Source: Asterionella formosa (lineage: Eukaryota). Taken from it: DNA of 64,000 nt. The stretch spans positions 1 through 64,000 of the forward strand of contig NKIB01012763.1 of NCBI GenBank assembly GCA_002256025.1. The letters run 5' to 3'. The notes below the pieces were generated by a model. The model was not told where the DNA came from. It was given only the letters and a program-made list of their open reading frames with translations, and did not search any database. The translations under genes were made by a program, and so were the position numbers. Of this stretch, positions 23,674 to 34,395 are shown one piece after another. Within the stretch, counting starts at the first letter, position 1. Each line of letters opens with the position of its first letter.

Positions 23674-25555
23674 ATGTTCAGACTCTTTCACTCACTTCCC
23701 TTTCAAATCTTACTTTCAAATTTAACAATGATGCTACCGTCGGAAACAGTCGAAAGTGGCCCAGTTGAAACCAGTTTCCCAGAATCGAATCAATGTGATC
23801 GCAATCAAGAGTCTAAAGTGGTTCCTACCGAAGCATGCTTGAAGTGCGAGATTGCAATCAGTGGGCCTCGTGGAAGCCAAGTGGATACGGCGATGGATAC
23901 CGTTTCCGATACCTTTCCAAATGCGCAAAATTCTATCGCCCTTAATACTCGTTTCGATCATACTTTTCCTCTCATTGCATTGAACACTGCAGGAAATGTG
24001 TATCAATTCGATTCTGAGAAGGAGCATGTCACTAATGTCCTTAACGAGAGCAAGGTTGCCAGTGGACGCAAGCCGCTTCGCAAACGATGCCATGAAAAGC
24101 GAGATGATTTTTCAATCCTTTCCAACCATCTTTCATCAATATCCCACAATACGCTTCCACATGTTCCAAGTTCCTTCACCTTGCAGACGCTGCAGACAGG
24201 AGATTTGATTCGTGATTCTTCAGACTCTACGATATTACCTGCTTGCGCCGAAGCCAGCTTCCATACAAACGAAAACTTCCTCGGGGATACGGTTCAAACG
24301 AAACGCGGCATTCCACCGCCTTCTGAACTCGAGCCTTCTTTCAGTACTTTCTCCAGACAAAGCTTCCTTGGCCCCCTTTCCAGACAAGTTTCGAGTAATT
24401 GGTTGTTCCATCCTTCATTCTCTCGTCAGACATCCATGGCATTTCCATTCTCAAGACAGACTTCCATGGCAGTTCCAACCCCCTTCTCTCGGCAAAATTC
24501 ACGGGTGACTTTCGAGCTTCCATATATGCCTGATCGTCTCGGTGGCTACGTCGAAGCGCCTGCTCCTCTGCTCTATAGCCGGAGCAGCCGAATGGGCACT
24601 GACCTCATGTCACAGCCCATTATTGCGTCACCATATCCAGTCTTCCTCTATCCCAGGCAGCACGGATCCAACAAGGAGCAAGATGACTGTCTCACGCCAC
24701 CAAATTCTATGGCGAGCTTCCGGCCTAGCATATTCTCAACTCTCAGCAAGGACAGTCGCGTTGACGAAATCCCTCGGTACTCCTATGAATTACAGGCCAC
24801 GGGCTACCACCAAACGCCCATAACTGCTGTGACCACGGAGACCAAGGAGAAGACGTATACATCGTCGACGAAACATCCCGCAACCTCACCAATTCTGAGA
24901 AAGAAACCGAACGCCTCAAATTTAAGTCAAAGCACAACTAACTTGTTGTCAAAGAAAGGGCCCAATAACAAGGTATTGGTCATCCTTCAAGAAGCGAGGG
25001 ACCTGCCTGATCCAGATCGCATGTGCACCTGCCCGAACAGTCGGTACGTGTCTACCGTTGTAGGGAACAATACCCATATTTCCAGCAATTATCTCATTCT
25101 TGTTTCGTTTTGCAGCTGCCTCAAATTATACTGCGTCTGTTTTCAAAGTGGAAATGGTTGCTCTAAAAATTGTAGATGTAAGGCATGTGAAAACAACAGG
25201 GAGTCGTTTGTACGAGACAAAGCAATCAAGGATATCTTGTTCCGTCGTCCAGATGCATTTGAATTCCGCGAGAGGAAGACCGGGGAAGGTTGTTCGTGCA
25301 AAAAGAATCGGTACGTTTCAACTTAAAGTGGCGACCGACCTTATCAATTGCAGAGTCTCACCTTAAGTACCTCGGAATTGCAGATGTCTCAAGAAGTACT
25401 GCGATTGTTTCGCGAACAACGAAGTCTGTACGGAAGACAAATGTATATGCAAGGACTGTCACAACAAAACGTCCCGTAACTGGAAGCGTTCAAAGCTAAT
25501 GTTCGAAGATCCGATTGAATCGATCAGTCCAGACAAGATTGTGGCGAAAGTGTAG
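23674..25555 (+). CDS. Tesmin/TSO1/LIN54-like CXC (CRC) domain transcription factor (exons 23674-25043, 25116-25310, 25384-25555)
   Basis: Two CXC repeats, CTCPNSRCLKLYCVCFQSGNGCSKNCRCKACEN and [35 protein letters not shown], joined by an RRPDAF (RNPxAF-type) linker. The start may instead be the ATG at 23728. Confidence 0.9.
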
Positions 25556-25695
25556 TAAGTAGACAATGAATCAGATCAGAAGACCTTGTATTAGAAAAGA
25601 AACTCAAAACTTAAAATACATGATTGGACGAAAAGGCTACCATTTCAAAATCACACTCAATATGTGTTTATGCAACTAGAACTGTAGCACCACAC

Positions 25696-28600
25696 TTAAC
25701 GTCCAAACTTATTCACCATTTCTTGAGCAAGTCGAATGTCAGCTTGCACTTTCTTTCTTCGATAGAATTGACAAGAGCATCCATCACCGGTGCACATAAT
25801 GTCAGAATGCACTGTGCCGTGGATACGCTGCGCTGCTGACCACAAATCAGCATAACGGAGCTCAGCCTCACGAAGGACAGCCACTTTTTCCATATAGATT
25901 TCGGCCTCTCTAGGCGTGCAATGCTTGCAAAGGTATCCTTGTTTTGGGTCAACGGGCACCTTGCAGCCAATGCATGTGGCCTTTTTTACCGCAAACATAG
26001 CAAGACTTCCCTTCCTCGCTGATGGCGTCGGAATGAAGATCTTTCGAGTGTGATCACCTTGGAGTAAAGACTTATCAACATCATCAACAATTGGCTCAAA
26101 AATTCTGGCCAATGGCTTTGAAAGCTGGTTGGATAGATACCACTTACAGTCAATAGGAATGTTGTTGTCAAGTACGTAGATAGGGTCCTCAGCCTTTTCG
26201 AAGTTGGCAGCTCCTTTGGCTCCTGTGATGATAACATATGGGACTCGGTCCCCCATCTGAGGAGCTGAACCGGGGTCACGCTTCTTCATTCTAGCAGCTA
26301 GCTCAACATGAGCTTGCTTCATCTTGTAGTCTTCCTTCTTTCCTCCCAAGCCAAGAGCGTACTCTGCCCCCTTGTTCAAACTCTTGGTAATAACCAGACG
26401 GGAGATATCCATCTTGTTTTGAAGCAAATCAGAAATTTCAGACTTGACGTAGCTGATAGCCCCAGGTACGTCTTGTCCGATCAATATCTTGTCGAGTGAT
26501 GTTTGTATTACTTCTCGTACAAGAGCGCAATTGTCACGGCGGACAGTTTCAAGACCCTTAGTGTCCATCTTGTCATACTTATCCATTTGCGTCCACATCA
26601 AACCAGCATAGCGCTTCTTGTTCATTAACAAAAGCGGGAAATACACTTTTTCGAACTCAAGATCTATGGGCTTAGGAAAGATTGAAGAACACATTTCAGC
26701 GGCTTCAATAGCTATTGGGAACGTTTCCTCGATGGTGGAAGTTCCGAACTTGATGAACACGCTGTCCGTGTCTCCATACACGACTTGAGCATCGTGTTGA
26801 TAGCCATTACTAACAGTGTACTTTTCTTCGATGAATTCTTTGGTCTTTTCCAGCAACTGGCGACCATACGCGGTGACAGAGGAAGCAATAGGCAAACAAG
26901 GAAGCTGTCCAACTGTAGCACCGGTAAAACCGTAGACCGAATTGGCAGATATTTTCAAGGCAAGTTGGCGACCATTCTGGACTGCACGTTCAAATTCAGT
27001 GGGAGCGTTCTTCATATCTTTCTTTGCGCGGGTACGAGCTGACAAAAGCTCTGAAAGAATGGTGGGAAGAATCCCCATCTTGACATGAGAATGAACAAAA
27101 ACGTTTCCGTTCTCAGTCTTCTTGTAGAGGCTGGGGTCCAATTTGCTCAACTCATTCGGGCTCACCAGCGTCGAGTAGCACAAGTTGTAAGCTTGCATTA
27201 TACTGGGATACAATGACGCGAAATCCAGTGTCGCGATAGGATCAGCATAGTAGTTCTTAATGGGATCCAACACTGTAGCACCTTCATAACCCACATCAGG
27301 ACCTCCACCAGATTTCTTTAGCGTGGGGACTAAGAGTTTCTCGGCCCTGCACTTTCGCAAGATCATGGAAAATACTTTGATTTGCTGACCACGGGAAATC
27401 AAAAAGGACATGGGAACACCGGTAACACGGGCCATTTCAATGTAATTCACCAACACCGACAACTTGTCCATTAAACGCATTGGCAAGAGAGCATCCTTTA
27501 AGCAGTACGTCGCAAGACGGTGACGATCCTCGTCACTTCCATTCTGAAGGTCAGAAATAATTGAGTGGTGAACGTCTTCCTTTTGTTGACCCAAATACTC
27601 GGCGCAGACAGAATTCAAAGTATAACTGGAGAGTTTATGATTCCTTTGCATATAAGGCAGCATGTCGAAGATGACACGACCTTCAATAGAAGTCTCGATA
27701 TTGGCACGCTTTCCAAAAGCTGCCGACTGGAACATGGTCTCTTTCATCTTGGCTGCTGAGTTCCGAATGCGACCCCATTGACGAAAGCCTTTCAAGGAGG
27801 AAGTCTTCTTGCCCAGTGCATCAGCCCTATCCAACAAATAGGGTATATCGAAATTCTGAACGTTGTAACCTGTGATTATGTCAGGATCGCTTTCCTCCAA
27901 AAATAGGCGCCACTTTAATAACATGTCAGGTTCAGATTGACTAGAAATCACTTGAGCTCCAACAATGGGTAAGCATCCCTTGAGAGTAAATACATTTTGC
28001 ACCATTGGTTTCTTTTCGCCGTATACTTTGACCGAGTTGGCAATCTGAATGACGGGATCGTATTCGGCTTCGGGAAAGTGTCCCTTTCGTCCTTGGCATT
28101 CAATGTCAAAGGAAAGGATACGTAGAGGAGCCATCTTGTTCCATTCTCCTTCAGATTTTCGGGAAATAACATCATTATAAGAAATGTCAACTTCGAGCTG
28201 TAAAGGGCCAAGCGCAAAGAGAGTGAGAAACGACGCAAAACCACACGTACATAGATAATCGAAACGAAGAGAACTCACTTGACAGTGCGTCTTTTTATCT
28301 TGTTCATTTCGAATCTGATAACATTCCTTCGGTAGACTCAACCAGCCTGCTCCAATAATCTCCCGATCCACCATGAACCTTAGCACATAAGGCACATTGC
28401 ACTCAAAAGGCTGGTACAAAACTTCTTGTCCTGTGACACCAGGCAGATTCATGCCTTCCGTTTCCATTATGCGCTTTAGTGTCGCGACAAGGTTGGGCAT
28501 ACTGAGGTGAACCTGAAAAAAGCGGTTGTGTGATGTTTCGTATCCCATAATACTCTTGAATTGATCCACGTACCCCACACCCAGACACAACACTTCATGT

Positions 28601-29142
28601 TGTGCTTTGCCACGAACAGCATTGGCAAGTTTGGCATTGATGAGCTCACGAATGTGTCCCAAATTATCTGCTGAATGTTCAAAGTGTACACCTTCGGGAA
28701 GTGCAAAGTAGCCATAGGGGGTAAAGCCATGAATGAATACACACACGGAATTTCCGGAATCGGTGACACCAAATGTCCGAAGAATCGGAACTTGGCCTTC
28801 TGTACTGCCAACGACAGGTTTACTGCGGTTTGGGTTCTGCGAGAGTGGCGTTCCTCCCGTCATGTCCATATCCAACCATTGGAGATTGAGATCTCCGGAG
28901 TTGTCTGTGATTGATACTTCAGGACGCTTCCAGGACGCCACCATGGAATCGGAAATGTCGGGAAAGGCAGCATGCGTCCCTTCTATCACGTCGTCGTCAT
29001 TCGGCAGAACTGGTTCATCCTCGAAGTCGTCTTCGTCATTGTCGAGAAAGATATCTCCTTCGTCGTCAATAGCTCCTCCTCGCAATCGCTTGGTAGCAAA
29101 GCTTTCTTGTTCAAAGGAAGGGCGTCGCTTGGTGTGCGACAT
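25696..29142 (-). CDS. POLD1: DNA polymerase delta catalytic subunit (intron 28198-28278)
   Basis: ExoI SFDIEC, ExoII GYNVQNFD, DFASLYPS, QLALKISANSVYG, YGDTDS and CysA CIGC...CKHC. An 81-nt GTGAGT...CAG intron; first ATG at 29142. Confidence 0.98.
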   Translation of the reverse strand: MSHTKRRPSFEQESFATKRLRGGAIDDEGDIFLDNDEDDFEDEPVLPNDDDVIEGTHAAFPDISDSMVASWKRPEVSITDNSGDLNLQWLDMDMTGGTPLSQNPNRSKPVVGSTEGQVPILRTFGVTDSGNSVCVFIHGFTPYGYFALPEGVHFEHSADNLGHIRELINAKLANAVRGKAQHEVLCLGVGYVDQFKSIMGYETSHNRFFQVHLSMPNLVATLKRIMETEGMNLPGVTGQEVLYQPFECNVPYVLRFMVDREIIGAGWLSLPKECYQIRNEQDKKTHCQVSSLRFDYLCTCGFASFLTLFALGPLQLEVDISYNDVISRKSEGEWNKMAPLRILSFDIECQGRKGHFPEAEYDPVIQIANSVKVYGEKKPMVQNVFTLKGCLPIVGAQVISSQSEPDMLLKWRLFLEESDPDIITGYNVQNFDIPYLLDRADALGKKTSSLKGFRQWGRIRNSAAKMKETMFQSAAFGKRANIETSIEGRVIFDMLPYMQRNHKLSSYTLNSVCAEYLGQQKEDVHHSIISDLQNGSDEDRHRLATYCLKDALLPMRLMDKLSVLVNYIEMARVTGVPMSFLISRGQQIKVFSMILRKCRAEKLLVPTLKKSGGGPDVGYEGATVLDPIKNYYADPIATLDFASLYPSIMQAYNLCYSTLVSPNELSKLDPSLYKKTENGNVFVHSHVKMGILPTILSELLSARTRAKKDMKNAPTEFERAVQNGRQLALKISANSVYGFTGATVGQLPCLPIASSVTAYGRQLLEKTKEFIEEKYTVSNGYQHDAQVVYGDTDSVFIKFGTSTIEETFPIAIEAAEMCSSIFPKPIDLEFEKVYFPLLLMNKKRYAGLMWTQMDKYDKMDTKGLETVRRDNCALVREVIQTSLDKILIGQDVPGAISYVKSEISDLLQNKMDISRLVITKSLNKGAEYALGLGGKKEDYKMKQAHVELAARMKKRDPGSAPQMGDRVPYVIITGAKGAANFEKAEDPIYVLDNNIPIDCKWYLSNQLSKPLARIFEPIVDDVDKSLLQGDHTRKIFIPTPSARKGSLAMFAVKKATCIGCKVPVDPKQGYLCKHCTPREAEIYMEKVAVLREAELRYADLWSAAQRIHGTVHSDIMCTGDGCSCQFYRRKKVQADIRLAQEMVNKFGR

Positions 29143-29485
29143 GTTTGAGTTCAATTTGATGTTGATAAGCAATAATCTTTGAAGGTTTTGAGCACCGTTG
29201 GCTGTATGATTGTAATCTCTAGAGTTTTTACCAGTTCAAGATCCGGTGTATTATAGGACAAGGTATCATCATTTTACACAATACAGAAAATAAATCACAT
29301 GTATGTGTGCGTGAATTTTATTTATTCTACGTGTATATGCAGTATTACATATACCGGTATGGAGGTACTGGTGCAGGTAGTCAGTCTAGCGGTACTACAT
29401 AAGATTGTTATCATATACCCAGAATGCCCACGGTATATGCATGCTGTAGTGCCATGCTCGTGGTGAGAAAGCATCAACTGGATTT

Positions 29486-29494
29486 TTTGGCGCG
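29486..29494 (+). promoter_or_regulatory. Candidate E2F-type site TTTGGCGCG upstream of POLD1
   Basis: Canonical TTTSSCGC about 345 bp upstream of the POLD1 ATG. Confidence 0.4.
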
Positions 29495-30208
29495 CCTAAT
29501 ATCCTTTTATGTAAGGAGTACAGTACGGACTATATATGTCCATACATACATCACATGGCTGTGTGCAATTTCTGGGGCCACGAGGTAGACCCCATTGGCC
29601 TAGTATTAGCAAAAATCCTGACCCAACTGTACTTTAAATTTTGCGCTTGAAGACCCTTGTTAAAATCACATTGACCATGTTGGTATTATTCTGTTGGTTT
29701 ACTCAACAATTTTACAACCACCTGCACCACTTAATTTATCAACATAGACTAACCACCATGAGCAGCGCCATCAGCAAATGCATCAAGCGGCATGGGAGCA
29801 CATGATCCATGACTTGTTCAGTGTTGAACATGGCAAATCCACTTCTACATGACCAAAGGATTCATGTGGAAAAGCTCTTGAGCTTGATAGTAGGCTACCT
29901 GGAGCGGAAACTGTACAGGACTGCCTCAAACATGGTCCTATAGCAGTTACAACAAAGCTACTATAACAAATTCACACCCATTGCTGTGTAATGGACTTCG
30001 ATTGCCATTTCATCATGAATGAAGTCAAACATGACAAAAACGAGATCGGATGGCAAAATTATTTAAATGTATACATAAAACTGATTAATATGAACGTTTT
30101 TTATGTACAAAATTTTATTTAAGCTAAAATTATGTTGTACTGGTAGCTATGGTGGCTACCTAATGTAGTGTCAGAATGCACCCAGTCATAGTATTTCTAG
30201 CTACCAGG

Positions 30209-30320
30209 TATTCCCTCTGTCCAATATTACCGGTAGTTGCATCGATAATTCAAATTTCTCAGGGGCCATTCTGATTTTTATGATTTTCTCCGGCTCAATT
30301 GCCCTATTGTGCGGCTTGCC
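30209..30320 (+). mobile_element. Stowaway/mariner-like element end, family B copy 2
   Basis: TATTCCCTCTGTCC start followed by ~100 bp homologous to 17211-17320. A third TACTCCCTCTGT...GTAGTTGC start lies at ~57033. Confidence 0.55.
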
Positions 30321-31227
30321 CTAAGCTACAGATCCATCTATATAATATTTATAGAAAAATGAGAATTTTCGATTCTTACTTATTTGGCCATCTAGAGCAA
30401 AATGCAGATGCATGAGGACCCATTTTTCTTCGAATCATCTATTCTCAACATACATACTACTACAAAGTAGGATATAATAGTAGAACAATGGTAGCTTGCC
30501 TTCAATCATGAAAATGCGCAACTGCGAAAGTTGCGATGACGCTAAGGAAGAAAACAATGGCTTGCTCGTTTTGATCATCGAAACCGTTAAATATCCGGCT
30601 GTATGATCAATGTAAATGCAACAACTGTAAAAAGTGTATGGAACAACTGTTATTCTTGTCATGTTATAATTATCATACTAGTGAATTGTGCTCTTCCATT
30701 TCCCACAAATGTTTGAGTTCGGAATAATTTTTAAATAAGTAGGGCTGTTTACTGGAGAATTATTGATGCTTGCTCTTCATGAGAGGCAATGACATAAAGT
30801 TTGGGTGCAACGTAGCCATCATCTGAAATATCAATAGAAAGTTGAGGCAGCAGTACCAAGCAAAAACAAAAACTACGAATATTTATCATCATCAGTCTAC
30901 TGATCTGATGGAGTTCTGGATGGCAGCCAAGGAATGAAACGTCTGACAACCCCCCAAAACGGAATTGCAGTGTAGTAAGAAATGGCTTTTTTGGCATCGG
31001 AACTTCACTGCCAGGTTTGAATTCCTCGGAAATCTAAAATTTTAGTGGAGTTTCCGAATGCAAATTTCCGACCGTGTGTGTAAGTAAGTATGCGCGCAGG
31101 GCCTTTGTAGTATATTGGCTTATTTACTAAAAAACAATTAGAAGACTAAATGATTACCGGTATGCCAGCCTAGATTTCAGCATCTTAATTAAATCAATCA
31201 TGTGAAAAGATATCCGCATATATCGTC

Positions 31228-32037
31228 ATGATCATGATACGTCCACGTCTACTGACAGGACTAGCCCACAAAGCATTGCAGTCAAGATCAATCCTGTCCC
31301 GCCGCTTCGTTTCCGAAGAAGCAACTGAAATCAAATCCATCCCTAGTCGCATCAACAGGTGGACCGACGCTGCCACATGGGGCTTTCTATCCGCGGCAGC
31401 TGGTTGGACTATGAGTCTCGCTGCTATTTACGATAGTCTGGCAACAGGACCTGAAGTTATTTCACTCAACATGACGGGAGTCTTGATTATGTACTCTTCT
31501 CTCTTCTGTCGGTGGGCGTTTGTCGTCAAACCTCAAAACCTGTTTCTTGCCGCCTGTCATGTCACCAACGTCGGTGCGCAACTCAATCAAGGACGCCGCG
31601 CCGTCGAATATCAACTAGCAAATGGAAACCATGATCAAGTCACCGCCTTGGCCCAAAAATCGGGTATTTTTGGAACCGTTCTTGCTGGATCGATACTGGC
31701 TGGTCCTCATTTGAGAACTAGGCTCCTTCAGCAAACATCGTCAGAAACCCTACGCAGTCTAGCTAAATCGGAAGCCGGTCCTTTTCGGGTTCACTTTTGG
31801 GCGCCCATGTCCAAATGGTTGATAAGTGGCGCGTCACTGATGGACTTGCATCGGCCAACGGACAAGATTTCTCTATCTCAGTTTTCTTCACTCACGTTAT
31901 GCGGTGTGATTCATTCGAGGTATGCCCTCCTAGTCATTCCAACCAATTATATGCTGTTTAGTGTTAACATGGCCCTGATGGGAAGCTCTGGATGGCATTT
32001 GGGGAGAAAAATTAAGACTGACTACTTCAGCCATTAA
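31228..32037 (+). CDS. Mitochondrial pyruvate carrier with tandem MPC1-like and MPC2-like domains in one polypeptide
   Basis: Domain 1: PEVISLNMTGVLIMYSSLFCRWAFVVKPQNLFLAACHVTNVGAQLNQ. Domain 2: AGPFRVHFWAPMSKW...DLHRPTDKIS...SRYALLVIPTNYMLFSVN. R-rich mitochondrial presequence. Confidence 0.9.
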   Translation: MIMIRPRLLTGLAHKALQSRSILSRRFVSEEATEIKSIPSRINRWTDAATWGFLSAAAGWTMSLAAIYDSLATGPEVISLNMTGVLIMYSSLFCRWAFVVKPQNLFLAACHVTNVGAQLNQGRRAVEYQLANGNHDQVTALAQKSGIFGTVLAGSILAGPHLRTRLLQQTSSETLRSLAKSEAGPFRVHFWAPMSKWLISGASLMDLHRPTDKISLSQFSSLTLCGVIHSRYALLVIPTNYMLFSVNMALMGSSGWHLGRKIKTDYFSH

Positions 32038-32238
32038 CGGGAGTACTCTACCCATAGTTAAGGACTGCATCCGCGCAGCCGAGACAGGTCTCATTTTCAT
32101 TAAAAAATACCGGTCAGGTCTAGATTTTCCATTTTTAATTATTTTTCTATTCGTTACAGGTTACTGGGTCGTTCTGGGGTAAGATAGGGGAAACTGAAGT
32201 GAAAAGTCCTGTCGGACCAAAAACGATTGGAAACCTAT

Positions 32239-33672
32239 TCATTTGTCGTTAAGGGCAGCAACTCCAGGAAGGATCTTTCCCTCAAGAAGTTCAAGAGAAG
32301 CTCCTCCTCCAGTAGAGATGTGGCTCATGTCACCAGCACGTCCAGAAAGCTCAGTGGCAGCAACTGAATCTCCTCCTCCAATAATGGTGACGGCGCCAGT
32401 TTCCTTGGTCAAGTCAGCAAGAATGTCAACAATTCCAAAAGTTCCCTTGCTGAAAGCTTCAAATTCAAAGACTCCCATAGGTCCGTTCATAATGACGGTT
32501 CTGCAAGTGGAGAGAGCCTCCTTCTGTTGGGCGGTAGAAGCAGGGCCGTTGTCAAGTCCCATCCAGCCATCAGGGATCTTGTCAACAGGGACAACCTGGG
32601 TCTTGGCTGTGGCACTGAACGAATCCGCCACAATAATGTCAATGGGGAGGAGAATCTCCTTTCCAAGCTTCTCAGCCTTTGCAAGGACAGCCTTTGCGGT
32701 TTCAACATAGTCATCCTCAACAAGAGAAGTTCCGACAGGAAGACCTTTGGCCTTCAAGAAAGTGAAAACCATGCCTCCTCCGATGATAACTTTCTCGCAC
32801 TTGTCAAGAAGGGCTTCAAGGACAGTAATCTTGGAGGAAACCTTAGATCCACCCACAATTGCGGCCATAGGTCTCTCTCCATTAGACACGGCTCCATCAA
32901 GGTACTCAAGCTCTTTCGCGAGAAGGAATCCAGATACGGAAGGTTGAAGGAATTTGGTAACTCCCTCAGTAGAGGCATGTGCACGGTGTGCTGTACCGAA
33001 TGCATCATTGACGAAAAGGTCAAAGGGAGCCGCGAGTTTCTCAACGAATCCAGGCTCGTTTTTCTCTTCTTCCTTGTAGAAACGAGTGTTCTCGAGCATG
33101 ATGACATCACCTTCCTTGGCAGCACCTACAATAGCAGCAACTTTCTCACCGATGCAGTCTGGGGCGAGGGTCACCTTCTTGCCGAGGAGTTCACCCATGC
33201 GTTCAGCACAAGGGCCGAGAGAGAACTTGTCCTCGGGGCCACCCTTAGGTCGTCCCAAATGGGAGCAAACAGTGACAATTGCACCCTTCTTTACCAAATA
33301 CTCGATGGTGGGGATAGATGAGCGGATGCGGGTGTCGTCCGTGATGGTCTTTCCGTCAAGGGGAACATTGACATCGCAACGGATAAGGACTTTCTTGCCT
33401 TTCAGTTCAGCGTCAGTTAGGTCCTCAATGGACTTTTTTGCCTCAAGCTCGACGAGGGAAGGGACTGCGGTACGCACGCCAAAAGTACCTAAAAGATTCA
33501 ATAAAAGGCAAGCGAGACAACGATGAGAATTGTGAAGTTGATTCCGTCCCGACAGGCATGACCGTTTCACTGCGGTGACTAATCGATTATGTCGTTACTT
33601 ACGGGCAGGTGCGAAGGCAGCGGAAGAGCTGGCCGTAGCAAGAACAAAGAGGGCGGCGTTGAAAAACTTCAT
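32239..33672 (-). CDS. PGK: Plastid-targeted phosphoglycerate kinase (exons 33672-33603, 33488-32239)
   Basis: Spliced N-terminus [27 protein letters not shown]. Motifs [31 protein letters not shown] and [15 protein letters not shown]; strong codon bias. Confidence 0.98.
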
Positions 33673-34104
33673 GTTGAGTTAATGAGAGGACAAGGTGAAT
33701 TTGTGATCATTGAGAATGTTGTTCAAGATCGAATCCTGTATGTAGAGAGTGCAGCGGAAACGGACACGCACGAGAGGTCCAGAGGTAAAGAAGGATGTGG
33801 AATTTCCAGTACGTATGTGTTCAGAGAAAATGAAATTAGCTAATCATTTTCCAGAGTGCGGCAAGGAAATGTGCCGCCAATAATGAAGGACAAAGCCCGC
33901 CCGGCGACTTCCAACACGTACGCACAGACATTTCATGGGCTGCTTCATGCATTTTGATGTGTACGGTGGTTCATCAAATCATTTACCGGTACTTTGTCGG
34001 TCAAACTTACAGTGTGCAAAACAGACCATGAGGCAACAGCCACCATGATCACACACCCTGCTCCAAGAAGAAGCGAGAAAAACAAACCAGGATACTACAT
34101 ACTA

Positions 34105-34395
34105 GTACCGGACCTGGTACCAGGTACCTGCAAGTTGCGGTAATTTTGCTCAAACTAAAGATTTAGCTATCTTTATTCCAGATTAAAATGTTAGTTTAAG
34201 CAAAATGACCGCAATGTGCTGGTCCCAGGTACCGTACCTGGTCACTTTTAGTGAAGCACCAGGTTACCCTTGTACTGGTACCACCTGGTTACTCAGGACT
34301 CAGGAGTGGAAGTACCAGGTACCTGGTACCTGGTACCAGGACCAGGAAGTCATAATTCATGATTACCAGTACCAGGTACGGTATTCCGGTACAGA
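34105..34395. repeat. Palindromic CCAGGTACCTGG / GGTACC / ACCGGT array (representative; similar clusters at ~300-345, 2860-2915, 4750-4830, 16255-16390, 35140-35315, 44760-44940, 50337-50410, 50635-50945)
   Basis: Directly visible degenerate iterations such as GGACCTGGTACCAGGTACCTG and GTACCAGGTACCTGGTACCTGGTACCAGG. Confidence 0.85.

Noticed and set aside
3002..29142. ISCU, ELP1 and POLD1 as an Fe-S functional cluster
   Set aside because: The genes are far apart with unrelated genes between them and act in different compartments; chance co-occurrence is adequate.
32243..33526. Long antisense and alternative-frame ORFs over PGK (e.g. 264 aa at 32527-33321)
   Set aside because: These are shadows of a strongly codon-biased gene and contain no recognisable motifs.
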